Below, one piece after another: positions 25,680 to 38,600 of a DNA stretch of 64,000 nt (its first letter is position 1; every line of letters starts with the position of its first letter). Location: NCBI RefSeq assembly GCF_000150275.1, contig NW_002060953.1:1907723-1971722 (forward strand), read 5' to 3'. The notes below the pieces were generated by a model, which was given only the letters and a program-made list of their open reading frames with translations, had not been told where the DNA came from and made no database searches. The DNA is from Trichoplax adhaerens. Its lineage: Eukaryota; Animalia; Placozoa. Both the position numbers and the translations under genes were made by a program.

Positions 25680-27420
25680 ATTTATTTATTGCAGCGATTT
25701 AATGTAGCCCATCTTGCATCATTGGAGCTGTTGATTCTGTAAATAAATATGTAATGATGACTATTGGAATCCAATTAGAATATTTATTTAATCATTGAAG
25801 GGTAAAATGTGTTTGTCATCTTTGATTGTATCTTAACATCATTGGCTTAATCTTTAGACGCTAATCAAAATGTCGTAATTATTTCTTATAATTAATTTAG
25901 CATCAGTCGAATTGTTGATTCTATGAATAACACTGTACTGATGACTGTTAAAGTCCAATTAGAATATTTATTTAGCCATCGAAAGGTGAAAATATTTTTA
26001 CTCATTTTTGACTGAGTCTTCTAAACATTGATATTCCAATCTTCATAACTTACGAAAATAGATAGACTCTGAAGATGCAGTAGCTATTTTCTGAAGTCAA
26101 TGGTGCATCAATTAAGTCATCGATTCTATGAATAACATTGCACCAATGACTTTTGAAATCCAGTTAGAGTATGAAATCGTTGAAGGGTAAAACGGTGTTT
26201 CTGATCATCGACTTTATCTGATAACTTCAGCATTCTAATCTTCATACATTAATTATGAAGAATGAAAAAGCTATTTCCAACCCTTATCCCTTACTTTCAG
26301 TATTGCAATCTCCACACATTTACTTAAATGTTGAAGCTATTTTCTCTAGTTAATCTAGGATTAATGATGTAATCGTTTATTATCTATAGTATTATTGTTT
26401 ATTTTATCATTGATCGCTAAAATAGTGTTTCTTAATATCAATATTCTAGTTTTCATACATAAATGTAAGCCTGACTGTCGCAGCGATTTCACTTACATCA
26501 ATGTTGTATCAATCGAGCAATCAATTTTCTAAATAAGATTGATGAATGGATGTTAAATTTTTAAATCTAAATAAAATATTTATTGAATCATTCAAGGGTT
26601 AGATGTCTATCTCATATTTGATTCCATCAACTTCTTAATATTAATAATCCAATCTTCTGAAACTAACCAAAATGTAGCAGCTATTTCCTATAATCGGTCT
26701 TACATTCATGCTATTGATTCTATAAATAACACTATGCTGCTAAATTTACGTAGAATGTTTATTAAGTCATTGATGGGCAAAACTTTTTTTCTCATCTGGA
26801 CTATATCTTCATAACATCAATATTTCAATTTTCATACTAATCAAAGCGTAGTAATTACTTGTTGTAGTCAATCACATATCAATCGAGCTATTGATTCTAT
26901 AAATACCATTACATCGATGACCATTGAGATCCAATTAGAGTATTTATTGAATTGTGGAAGGGTAAAATGATGTTCCTCGTCATCAACTTTATTATTTCCC
27001 TTGAATATTCTAATCTTCATACATTAATCATTGAGGGTGAAATGTGCTTTTAATCCTTGACTTTATTTTTGACCTTCAATATTCCAATCTTAAGATATTA
27101 ATCGAAACGTCGCAGCTATTTCCTCTAGTCAATCTAGTATTAATCGAGCTATTGATTCTATAAATAATATTTTTGTTTATTGAATCGTGAATGGGTAAAG
27201 TGATGTTTATCATCTTGGACTCATCTCTTAACGTCAATATTCTAATTTTCACTCATATACGTAAGCCTGACTATCGCAGCAATTTCCTGTAAATCAATGC
27301 TGCGTCAATCCTGCTATTAACTCTATAAATGATATTATGTTAGTGACCGTTGGAATGTGGTTAGAGTATTTATTTAATTATTGAAGAGTAAACAGTGATT
27401 TTCGTGTTTGTTTGTATACT
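25680..27420. repeat. Degenerate ~180-200 bp tandem array, ~8-9 copies, immediately upstream of paralog D
   Basis: GCTATTGATTCTATAAATAA...CCAATTAGAGTATTTATT...TTGAAGGGTAAAA...AATATTCTAATCTTCATAC...GCAGCTATTTC repeats throughout the interval. Confidence 0.85.
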
Positions 27421-27549
27421 GACAGTAGATGATAGCAGTCAGAACTTTATATATAACTACAAATGTCGGATAATTTGGTGCTCTTGCTAATATTAATCAT
27501 GTTGATGATGCTGTTATCGACGTTTTGTTACAAGATTTCGGACTTCATT

Positions 27550-28900
27550 GCTCAATAGTGATTGATCTCGGTTGATGATGCTAGATAGCTACATGAATTT
27601 TGTTCGACAAGACTATCGAAGTCTGCTTCTTGAAATTCCAATCTTCCTTGATAATGGTTTCTATTCCATTGCAGGAATAATCTGCTATAAACATGAGAGT
27701 TATTTTCGATTAACTTGTTGCCATAGTTTCATCTTGACAAATCATCTCCAATTTAATTCGTAATCGATCAACAACTCCTTACCCTAGCAAAAGATGGTGA
27801 GTTAGCTTAATCAATCCCATTCTACTGTATTACAGTAATCACTTGCAAGAATTTGTATACAGGTAGATAGATTGACGTTGACCATAGATGAATTAGAGCT
27901 GCTGATCAAAAAAGTAGGGAAATCGTAAATACTAATTTTGCTTTACTTGATGCTATTAGTAATTCAGTAGAGTAATAATTTAAAGACGTGATTAATGAAG
28001 TAATAAATACAGCCAGCGGTTTGAGGAAATATTCCAATCTACGATGATTGCTTAAATTATTTATACTTTACATATCGTCAATTATCCTAGAAGCCCAATG
28101 ACTATCGATTCATTTTAAAGAAACATCAAAGATCCCATGTTACCTTTGGTATCAAGTATTTTGTATTGATAATAGCTTATAATAGTCTATAAGTAGCAAA
28201 AAAATGTTGCTATTGAGATAGTAAATGGAATTTTCTAACGGTATGCTTTCAAGAAGATATCATTTCCTCTACTAGCTACTCTAGCCTTTTTCATCATTTC
28301 TAAATTATTGTATACCATTTTGATCTTTTATTAATTATTTCATAATTATAGACTATAATTCATAGTGCATCGTAGGATGAATTCAAATCTTCCCTACTTT
28401 TGTCTAAACTTTAAAAAATAAACTTCCCTATCTTCAAATTAACATGGTAGAAGTAGCTGTAAAATTCCCTTATACGGTAAATAAACTGAAACAGCATGGC
28501 ATCATAGGTTGGAATAAACAGCTACGGCAATATAGTTTTTTTAATTTTCAACTTACTGGTTGATGATAATTAGCGGTTGGGAATTATGTCAATATTATCA
28601 TTATCATCTTGATCGTAAAATAGATTGGGTATCGCGCGAGCAATCATAGCTTTAGGTGCACCCTTCATTATCATTTCTTTAATCACAGATTTAATTAAAT
28701 GAAAGACTATTCCTTCAAATGTACCTCCAAAAATGACATATGAGCCGTTGGTATATTTAGTACAGTGTAAGGTTGATAGATCAAGAATCTTCAAGACTTT
28801 AGAAAATTAAGATTTATTGAGCAAAACCTCGTTTACAAAGATACAACATAATCGATCAGCCGAAGACCTCTATCAACAAAGAACTATTTTATTGTACTAA
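27550..28900 (-). pseudogene. Decayed LRR gene fragments
   Basis: FSKVLKILDLS, DNIDIIPNR*LSSTSKLK, GLIKLTH and LFLQWNRNH...EADFDSL are LRR-like pieces with stops, some flanked by splice-like signals. Confidence 0.3.
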
Positions 28901-29199
28901 ACTATTCGCTTATATACTGAAAATTTCCACGTTAACAATCTTAGCACCTTACTTACTACACTCTTCAGTATTAGCATCTCAAATACAGGATAGTTTACAC
29001 CTTTCATGTGAATCTCTAGTGAGAGCACTGTAACACTCCTCTTCAAAAGGATACATTTACTAAGCTAGCTATATTCAATACTTAAGCCTCTAATGGAATA
29101 TCTATCGTACATTGAACACGATAATTACAGTAGACATTACTAAATATGTTATCAGCTTAGAATACAATAGTACAGTGTTTTACATACAAGGAAAGGAAA

Positions 29200-30450
29200 C
29201 TATTCATATGCGAATATATATAATGAAAAATATCAAGCACGATGGAAGTAAGCTTCTCTTAAACTAAAACAATTTGCGTTCATAAACGCAGTATAAGTAA
29301 TTCCAATTGTATTTTTAAATGATAACTACAAATTCAATTTTATACGTAAATCTGCTAAATAATATCTATCGTGATGGGAAGTAAATTAATCTTCTATCAA
29401 GACAATATCCGTTCATAGAGGCAACATCAATGCCACAAGTTGTATCGGAATAATATTTAATGGATAAATTTTATAAGTATAGATGCCGAATAATTTCTAG
29501 CATAATAGGAATTAAATTACTCTTCAGCAAAACCTACATGCATTCATAGCTGCAACATAAATAATATGAGTTGTATCTAAATGGCATTCAATATTAAAAT
29601 TAAACGAGTATGTTTGCTGAATAATATTGAACATGACAGAAAGAGTGTGACTGTTACATTAAAATTGCATGAAGTTTATAGTCGGAGCATATTTATCAAT
29701 TTGAAACATGATGGAAAGTGAATTACTCTTCAACCAAAGAAATTTAACAAAAGTATTATACCTACACAGATACAGTATAATCTACTGTAGCTGTATCTAA
29801 GTGATTGATGTTTAATGATTTAAATTGGACGAATACACAAACTGAATAATATTTAACACGATGGGAAATGAAAAACCAAAACGAAAAGTACTCAGCTCTT
29901 CATAGACGTTGTTGAATCACTCTTACTCTTGTAGGGTTTAAATGTTCACTTCTAAAATTGTACCTTCATTTTCTTCACTGGCACTCCCTATAGATTGAAC
30001 ACTGGAAGCTTCAAGCTTAGGAAATTTAAGCAATATTGCCTTTTAATCAAATCGTTTTGCGTGTGCTTTGGTAAGCTAATTATAGAGAAAAGAGTGCTGA
30101 TTAAGTAATGTTGTGATTGACATAATAAATTCTTCTCGTTCAAGAGTTCGAGTAATAAACGATGCTGTTGAGATTAAAAACGGTGTTGATCTGATTGTAT
30201 CACGTTAGAGATTTGCTCAACTTTAATAACTCTAATTTAGACTGTAAGTTCCTCTCCGATAAGAGTCTACTAAATAACCAATGCTGTTAAGGTTAAAAGA
30301 TGTGATGACCTAATTAAAGCATGTCACGTTAAAGACTTGCTCAACTTTAATAACATTGATTTCGGATACAAGTTCTTCTCTAATTAATTTCAGATTAATA
30401 CCTAATTTTGTCACGTAAGAGATTTACACGACTTTAATAACTCTAATTTC
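29200..30450. repeat. Two degenerate tandem repeat tracts (~120 bp units)
   Basis: CTGAATAATAT...ATGATGG(G)AAAG..AATTACTCTTC occurs ~6 times in 29200-29880. TCACGTTAGAGATTTGCTCAACTTTAATAAC-like sequence occurs 3 times in 30200-30450. Confidence 0.7.
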
Positions 30451-32208
30451 AAGTTATTCAATTGCGAGCCTTAGGGATATGAAATCAATTTACTACAGAT
30501 AGCTAATTTAACTAGACAAGACCCTAATTAAATACACCATTGTAATAGCATAGCAGGTTTCCATAGAGAACTTAAATTGCAAATTCTTAATCGAAACAGA
30601 ACAGTACACTGTTATTTTGGATTTTCAAAGCTATGAAAGATTATAATAATTGGGCAACGATGGCATCAGTTTTAGTTACTTATAGTCTATCACACAGATC
30701 TTTTGCTACAGCATTGATTCTATGCAATATTTTTTTTAATACCCAGTTCAGATGTTAATATTTTTCTTCAAAAGGAATCAGAATTTCGAACCATTTCAAT
30801 ATGATCTATAAACCTGCATTTCTAATGCTACACAAACATAGCATTAGTATGGTAGATACGTAGAAGATGATGATATATAATTCTGCATTGAGAAATTTTA
30901 ATGTTTGCAGTAATTCATTGCCCGCCAATGCGTTAAATAAATTGAATGTATTTTTACGCTCAAGCAAAAATGGCCTACTATTATCATTAAGCCAACCTTG
31001 TTTGCAACGTTTCAACTATAAAATAACCTGATGTTGTTCATTTTTAACATTAAAAAAGAATGCTTATTTTAATATCTACGGATGAAAAACTTTATTTCCT
31101 GTTCTTTATTTTTACATAGAGTAATTTTGCATTCAATACCACCCCTATAATTCATTACATCGAATAATTCTGTGCGGTAAGGAACCTTATTTTGCGGCTA
31201 TTACTTTTCCTATTAAATCCTTATCATAGATTTCTGACAGAATCGCCTAACGGCGGATTACCTTGCTTATTGATTTTAAATGGCCAAATGAATGCAGTGG
31301 TTGTAACAAAACTGCCTCACAAACATTCCATCAAATCTAGTCTAATTCTCGTATAATAATAGTCTCAAGCGGATAGACTTAACATAAAAGGTTTTACTAT
31401 GACAGAGTTAAGAATAGTGGAGTGAGGCAGAATGGGCTAAGGTAAAATGAATAGTTCCCAATTCGATAGACATCATCGAAAACAAATATCAATTGGATTG
31501 AAAGGCTGATGGGTAGTATTTATCGACAGATCAGCAACAATTAACAGAATGCAAGCTTTAAAGCCATCAATAATTGTAATTGAAGTTAAGCTTTTATTTT
31601 TTAAAACCTGACTTGAATAAACGGCCACAATATCATTTTAGGTTCTAAATCTAGGATTACGATTAAAATATTTTATAAAATGCTAACATTAAAGGAGGAA
31701 TGGGTAAAAAATGATGGATTAATAATCAGTAGGAACTGAAGCTGTAAAAGCATCAACAACTGAAATTCAGCTTTTCGATTTTACTTTAACGCATGACTCG
31801 GATAAAAGGCCACATCATCATTTTTCGAGATTATATATTTCCAATCACCAGTAAACTACTTCGAATAGGTTACCATTAAAGGGAATAGGCAAATAATAGA
31901 CCGTCAGAGTAATTATTTTAATTCGTCGTCTGTAACAATAAACTTTTAATATGACGATTAGAATAAGAAGGTCTTTGGAAGCTGGTAAACTATCTAAAAT
32001 TAGTCAAAGCCGAAAGGCCAAGTCTCGATTTAAGTTCTATTTGGAAAGTAATCCAGCATTTTTTACGTTTACCTTTATTAGAACTACTTTATGATGGAGT
32101 AGACAGCAAAGAAATGAAAAAAGAAGTAGGGTTGCACACACTAGTATCTAGTTCGAATTCTACTATCATGATGATGTAAATTGAAATCAAGAGCAATTCT
32201 AAGTTCAT

Positions 32209-33687
32209 CTACTTCCTGTCTTTGAGAGTAAGATAGATTCCTCCTTTATTTTTTAATACCCCAGCAGGAATATGCTGATACGTTGGATTGTCTGTTGATA
32301 GCTCAAATCGTTGTAATATTTTTGCTGCGATGGCCTTAAGTTCCTGCAAGGCAAAATTTTGTCCAATGCAATTTCTTGTGCCAACGGCAAATGGAAGATA
32401 ACAGAATGGATCGCGATCTTGACTATTATCTGGTGTAAATCGTGAAGGGTCAAAATCCCATGGATTCTTCCACCATCTTGAATCATGATGATAATGATAA
32501 ATGGGTAGCTCAAGGTCCATTCCTTTAGGAAATGTATAGCCGTTGACCGTCGTCTCCTCACCTAATGTCCTCCCAATAAAGGGGACAGTAGTATGCAATC
32601 GTTGTGATTCTTTCACACATAATGTCGTGTAAGAGAGGGCGGATAAATCATCCCATCGGATATCATTCCTATCTTCAGTTACTTTTCGGATTTCTTCTTG
32701 ACATTGTCGTTGACATTGAGGGTTACAAGCTAAGCTGAATAAAAGCCATGACAGCGATGTTGATGTGGTATCATGGCCAGCAAAGAGGAAAGTAATCACC
32801 TCATGGACAATTTCATCGACAGACATGCCTGTACCATCGCTATCTTTTGCTTTTAACATAATATCCAAGAAATCATAATGCTTCTTATTCTCATTGTCTT
32901 CTTGACTGTCTAATTCAGCTTTACGTCGCAGTATAATATCACGAGCAAACTGCCGACAATAAGCGACATTACGATGAAATTTTCTTCCATTTTGGCTTAA
33001 CTTATATAGAAAACTACTATGATGGAATAGATTAAATATCCTCGATTCTCCTAGGTAAGTATTTTCTCGACAAGCAATTAAGAATTGATGACGAGATCCA
33101 TGAGTTTGTGTATTTAATTCGGTAGAGCAAGTACAACGTATAATAGCATCAAAAGCACATAAACTCATATCGTCTAGGATTTCAATAGGTTTGCCATCTT
33201 TGGCTTTATCCACCCATTTGTTGATTAAAATGTCGGCGCATTCATTAAAGACTTTCATATAAGATTTTAAAACATCGAAATGGAATGCAGGTGTTAATAA
33301 TCTTCGATTCCTTGACCATTGCGGCCCATTAGCTTGTAAGATTCCTGGGCCAACCCATTCCTCAAAGAAGCTATGGATAATTGTTTCTTTACTGATACTA
33401 GGCTTGAGAAATTGCTTAAGTAAGATAGGATTACTGATGCATAACTGGAAATTAGCTACGTTATAAAACATGGGAAACATATCTTGATATTTTTCGCATA
33501 GTTTGGAATGAGCAGGGATAAACGTTTCCAATGTGCCAATATAAGTGCCAGTCAGCCAGTGTGCATAAGGACCGGGAACTTTGCCTAAAGCCTTCCATAC
33601 GTTGGAAATACGTGAAAAGAAGCTATAGGCAGATTTAAGTAGGAAGGCAACTGCAATAGCAATAAGTACTAAGACCAATGTATTCAT
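32209..33687 (-). CDS. Cytochrome P450, clan 4, intronless, 492 aa (copy 1)
   Basis: N-terminal anchor plus PGP hinge, WSRNRRLLTPAFHF, I-helix FLFAGHDTT, KESQR (ExxR), DPSRF, heme motif PFAVGTRNCIG. Confidence 0.97.
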   Translation of the reverse strand: MNTLVLVLIAIAVAFLLKSAYSFFSRISNVWKALGKVPGPYAHWLTGTYIGTLETFIPAHSKLCEKYQDMFPMFYNVANFQLCISNPILLKQFLKPSISKETIIHSFFEEWVGPGILQANGPQWSRNRRLLTPAFHFDVLKSYMKVFNECADILINKWVDKAKDGKPIEILDDMSLCAFDAIIRCTCSTELNTQTHGSRHQFLIACRENTYLGESRIFNLFHHSSFLYKLSQNGRKFHRNVAYCRQFARDIILRRKAELDSQEDNENKKHYDFLDIMLKAKDSDGTGMSVDEIVHEVITFLFAGHDTTSTSLSWLLFSLACNPQCQRQCQEEIRKVTEDRNDIRWDDLSALSYTTLCVKESQRLHTTVPFIGRTLGEETTVNGYTFPKGMDLELPIYHYHHDSRWWKNPWDFDPSRFTPDNSQDRDPFCYLPFAVGTRNCIGQNFALQELKAIAAKILQRFELSTDNPTYQHIPAGVLKNKGGIYLTLKDRK

Positions 33688-35699
33688 GATAGTATCAATA
33701 AATTTGGGTAACAGTCGGTTAGTGTTGTTTCCTTTCCAATCAAATTACAAGCTGATCTCGTAAATAGACGACAATCTTCCTCACCAATTAGTATCAAACT
33801 ACCATAAAATCTTGGCTTTCTGGATCACCAACTACCAGCATCGATTATGGTGTTGATAGGACGATTGCAGGGTACTTTCCATATGTCGCATGCTTAAATA
33901 AGCGATTATGGCGTAATTCTACTGTACAATTGCAGTCAATCAAATTGTCCATCTCTCAACTTGTCAGTTGCCTATTCTTTATTTGCCTAACCAAATAAAG
34001 GTTACGATAGACAAAGACATTTATTCACGTCCTCGGTAGGCCATTTAATTTATTGACCAGTAGGAGATTGCTCCCACCTAGAGGATGCACTTTTTCTCTG
34101 TCGTGTTAATGGAGGAAGTGGCTCTTCTTCTGTTATGTAAATTCCTATCCTTGATCAGTGTAATTGGCTTCCATTTGTTATCATTGCCGAATACAATCAT
34201 AAGGAAATATTGCATATCAGGAAGAAGGATGATACGCCTTAGTAGCTGGGAATGACGTTTAATGATGGAAATGCACTTTACTTTGTTCAAATGAAGGATA
34301 ACACTAAGAGGAGCTTTGTGTCATGAATAACCTTATGAGAATCGATATCGACGTAATTCATGGGTGATTATGTAGTCATATACACTGCTAGGATTTGGGT
34401 GCAATGAGTTTCATAGTACTTTGATGGTTAATTAAATACGAGTTCAGTAGAAGTTTTGTGAATACATAATCAATAGCCGATTAATTTTTGTTTACAGATT
34501 AATTAGGTTATGCTCATTATTATGCTGATTCTTATTATTAGGTAATGCTTCCCGATCAAATCACACATAAGTAGATTAATATAGTAGATATGCGCTTATA
34601 ATAGAACATATTGGTTATGGTAAAATGAAATACTTATTCGCAATGGATCCGAGAAATCACTAATACCCATATATGGAAGCTTATAATAGAGAATTAATTA
34701 CAAGATAACCGTCAGCAAGACCAATTTAAATTAATGTATGCTTATAAATTGACATATTCAATAATTAAGCCAGTTTGCATTAACAAACTAAAAGCATAGA
34801 ATGGTAGATTGATGAACTGCGTCTTGCTGCAGCATCGCAAGCAGTTACAATAGAGTTGCAATTGAAATGCTATAAGCATATAGCAGAAATAGAGATACAA
34901 AAATCGGGTTGAGCGTCATTTAACGAAAATTGCATTTCTTTATTCTTATGCTAAGAACCAGAATAATTTTCAAAGTTAACTTTATTCTATTACTTAATGG
35001 GGTCAAAATATATCACAGAGTATCAATTTCTTAAAAGCATTATAACGAATATGGACTGTAGTTAACGGCTCGTATATATAGCAAAAAATTTATTTCCACC
35101 TTAATAGCAAATTGAACATTTTAAATAACTACGCTAATTATTCTTGTCAAATAATGAAAAATAGGCACAGCTACAGAATGACATTTACCTTCTCAATTGG
35201 AATCTGAGAAGATATCGTAATAAGTATTTCAACTACTGTATCCAATAAATGCCATCGATTAATTTTCAATCGTATTTAAAGGTCCTTAACCAAACTTACA
35301 GTGGCATAAATATCAATCTTTTGCGATTAAATAATTTGGATAACACTACAGTTTCCATCTTCTTCTTGGCACATCAACATAGTTTCAAGCTGATTCATTT
35401 TTACAGCTATAATCTTCTTCAGTAATTTAGGGGATCGAAGTTGTAAATGTGGAATAAGCGTATTGAATTTGTAAAGGTCAATTTGAGACTTATGTTCGTC
35501 ATTAACATAAGGAAAGTACTTTTTAGGCCAAAATAAATCTTTTTCTAGTATAGAGTCGTCGCTGCCTTCTATGAGCTTGCCTTGAGAGTGATCATATCCA
35601 GTGAGCTGTTCACAGTATTAAAGATGATGAATCAGTTAAGCACAATCATGGCACAAATGTTGTATTGTACACTACAGCAACTTGTCTTATTTAATGTAA

Positions 35700-38600
35700 G
35701 CATTATTGCGTATATGGCTTCGTTACCAGATAATGATCTCTTTCCCTCAATAAAACAAAATAATGATACTTGCTCTTGACCTCCTAAAGCAAATGGTATA
35801 TAAAATTATTTACGGAATAACATTGTACATGCGATAAAATGACTGATTTGAATTCTTACGTAATTTTCTTTGAATGCCTTTCGTAGAGCCTCCAGTGATC
35901 TACTAATGTCATATTCATCTATGTAATATCGTTCCAGTACAAATTCATCTCTACATGCCACTACGCGTTCCTGGCGTATGGTACTCTCACCTATACTTAC
36001 TGTATTTTCATATTGTAAAGCATCGTTGATTTCTTTAATTTCATCACCTTCTAATTGGTAAATCTATTAAAATAATTAAAATATTAATATCATGCTTTAG
36101 CACGTTCCAGCCGTTACTATAAATAGATTAATGTTATCTATTTGTAAACTGTACCAATATAAATTAAATATCTAAACCCAGTCTACATAATTATACATTA
36201 GTAGCTATAAAGCGGGATCTTATACTTAATCTTCTTTTATAATCGTACAGTATAGTAAGTTAGGCAAATTATAACATATCACTAGGATATATTGTTAAAC
36301 GTTCTGACGTGTCTTCAGAACGATCTTAGCAGTTCATTGGGCTTGTCGCAGCTTGCTAAAGTCTATCTGTATCTTTACCTGAATATAGGCGGATAATTTA
36401 ATAGGCAAATTAACTACAGTACTTTACTTTGCAACAAATATTTTGATAATTACGAAACTTTCTTTTTGTTAATGGTTCGAAACGAATGAACACCAGAAAC
36501 TACGTTTATTTCGTAGCAGCACCACTACAAGGCTTTCATACTTATTCAAATGAGCTTCAACACTCTATTTTAGTTATTACAGTACATGGCCAAAATTTCA
36601 TGCAAAAAGATCAAAGTAATAAATAGCGAGTAATTAATACTAAATATGAGCAACCTTTCAATCTGTATATAAATGTTGAATTCTGTGATCGTAAGATTAC
36701 AGCATCCTTAAAATAACCGAGTACAATTCAAAGTATACCTTTTTAAATATAATTTGTAATGTTATTATAAAGTCGAGATGATTTATTACCGCAGTAGGAG
36801 TTGTCCTTAGGTTGAACCCATAGTGATAGCAAACTATAAATTCTTCACTTAGTAAGTACAAGAGAGTTCTAGAATACCGTTCTTTACTGCAATATCGAGT
36901 CGTTATGCATCCGGTATTTGGGTCCATTGCTATGACTTTAAAATGATGGCTATCATACTAGTCAATCATAAGAAGAGAAATTTAATTACAGCAAACAATC
37001 CAATTTTGTCATAGAATACAAAAAGATAAATTAAATGTTTAAGGCTACATCAATACCATAACAAGAAATCATTATATGTTATCGTAGCTAAGTTTACAGA
37101 CTTGAAATTTATCTTATACTTTCATTTACCTTCCCATACTGAATAAAAATCAGTCGATTTCCGCTTTTACGATAGAACGATTGAAGATTGAGGTATCGAA
37201 AATCGTCATTATCTACTATTTCTTCGGTAGTCCAGAGGACTTTACAAGGACTGCCTAATCCTATAAGCTTAAATCCAGTAACAAGATCGTATTTGAACTG
37301 TCAATTGAACGTTGCATGACTATAAATATTTATATCTAAGATCGTCACTGCTAAAATAATAGCCTGAACCGTATATCAATCAACATATTGTCATTTTGTT
37401 GCATAAATATCATGACCATCATTTTTTCTTGTTATACCGCAAATGTAATTAAAATATATGCAACTGAAACAAAAAATCTGACTAAATATTTTTCTGTCAA
37501 TTGCCAAAATATGGACTAAATTTTACTGTAATTTATGATGATCAGTAGTCTTGGTCACGTTGATGATTGCTGAACAAAAATTAAGATATAGCTAGTATGC
37601 TTTAGTACAACTTTGATGGATAGTGGCTAGTAGATAAAAGTAATCGGTTACGATATGATATAAATCATGGCAAAAATTTATGTTCATTTACTTAAAATAT
37701 GAACTATGAGTAGCATTACGTAATATTTGATGAAAATACAGTAGTTTAATATGTTTCCATTACTTTATAGATCAATAATGTTCGTCTCTTTTATCAATAT
37801 ATAAGTTCTCAATTAAAGAAGTGTGCTAACTTTTAGTTATAAATAAGTCATAGCTATGACGGTGTCTTTGCGTATTAAATATGAGTATACCTAACGAATA
37901 GATATTATCCTATACTAATATTCAATTATATTACTACCTGTGTAACTACATGATAATGGGTCCGTATGCGACTCGGTACACAACTTCCATTTATGCAGGT
38001 ATAATTATCTATGTAGACCACAGCACCTAAGTGTTCATATACGTAAATCTTTTGTCTGTTACATACGCCAGATAAATGATTTTTAGTGTATTTTCCCAGG
38101 TTTATGAAGGACGTTTGATCAAGCTGACGGCCATAACTAATCTGAATTAGAATCAAGTCAACAATGTTCATATTATAGAAATCACGAAATCATTCCAACT
38201 GATTAAATGCAACTTCGTAAAATAAAGGTCTCATCAACATAGAGTTACTAACTACTGTATATCATTACCTTTAAGTAAGCTGTTCCTTCAGCTGTGATGT
38301 GCCTTACAACAACAGGAATACCATTAACAATGCCAAATTCACAGCTAATGACTTCACTAGATGGAGATAAATGATCTGTGCAAGGAGCTACAGAATTCAA
38401 TTAATAATATTTACTGTTAATTCTCAGAAGATAATATTATTAGTTTATATAATAATGTTTCTTGATATTAAATGCTAACATTATCGATTATTGCTGTATG
38501 TCTTACCCGGTAAGACCATATGATAGATATTGTTACCATCATAACTGAGTAAGCCATGACCTTGATCGCAAAATTTAATTTCCTTTGTTGTTTGAACTCC

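Noticed and set aside
25680-27420. Repeat arrays (also 6270-6995) read as CRISPR or as coding repeats
   Set aside because: The units are degenerate along their whole length with no repeat-spacer structure, there are no cas genes, the context is eukaryotic, and no frame stays open.
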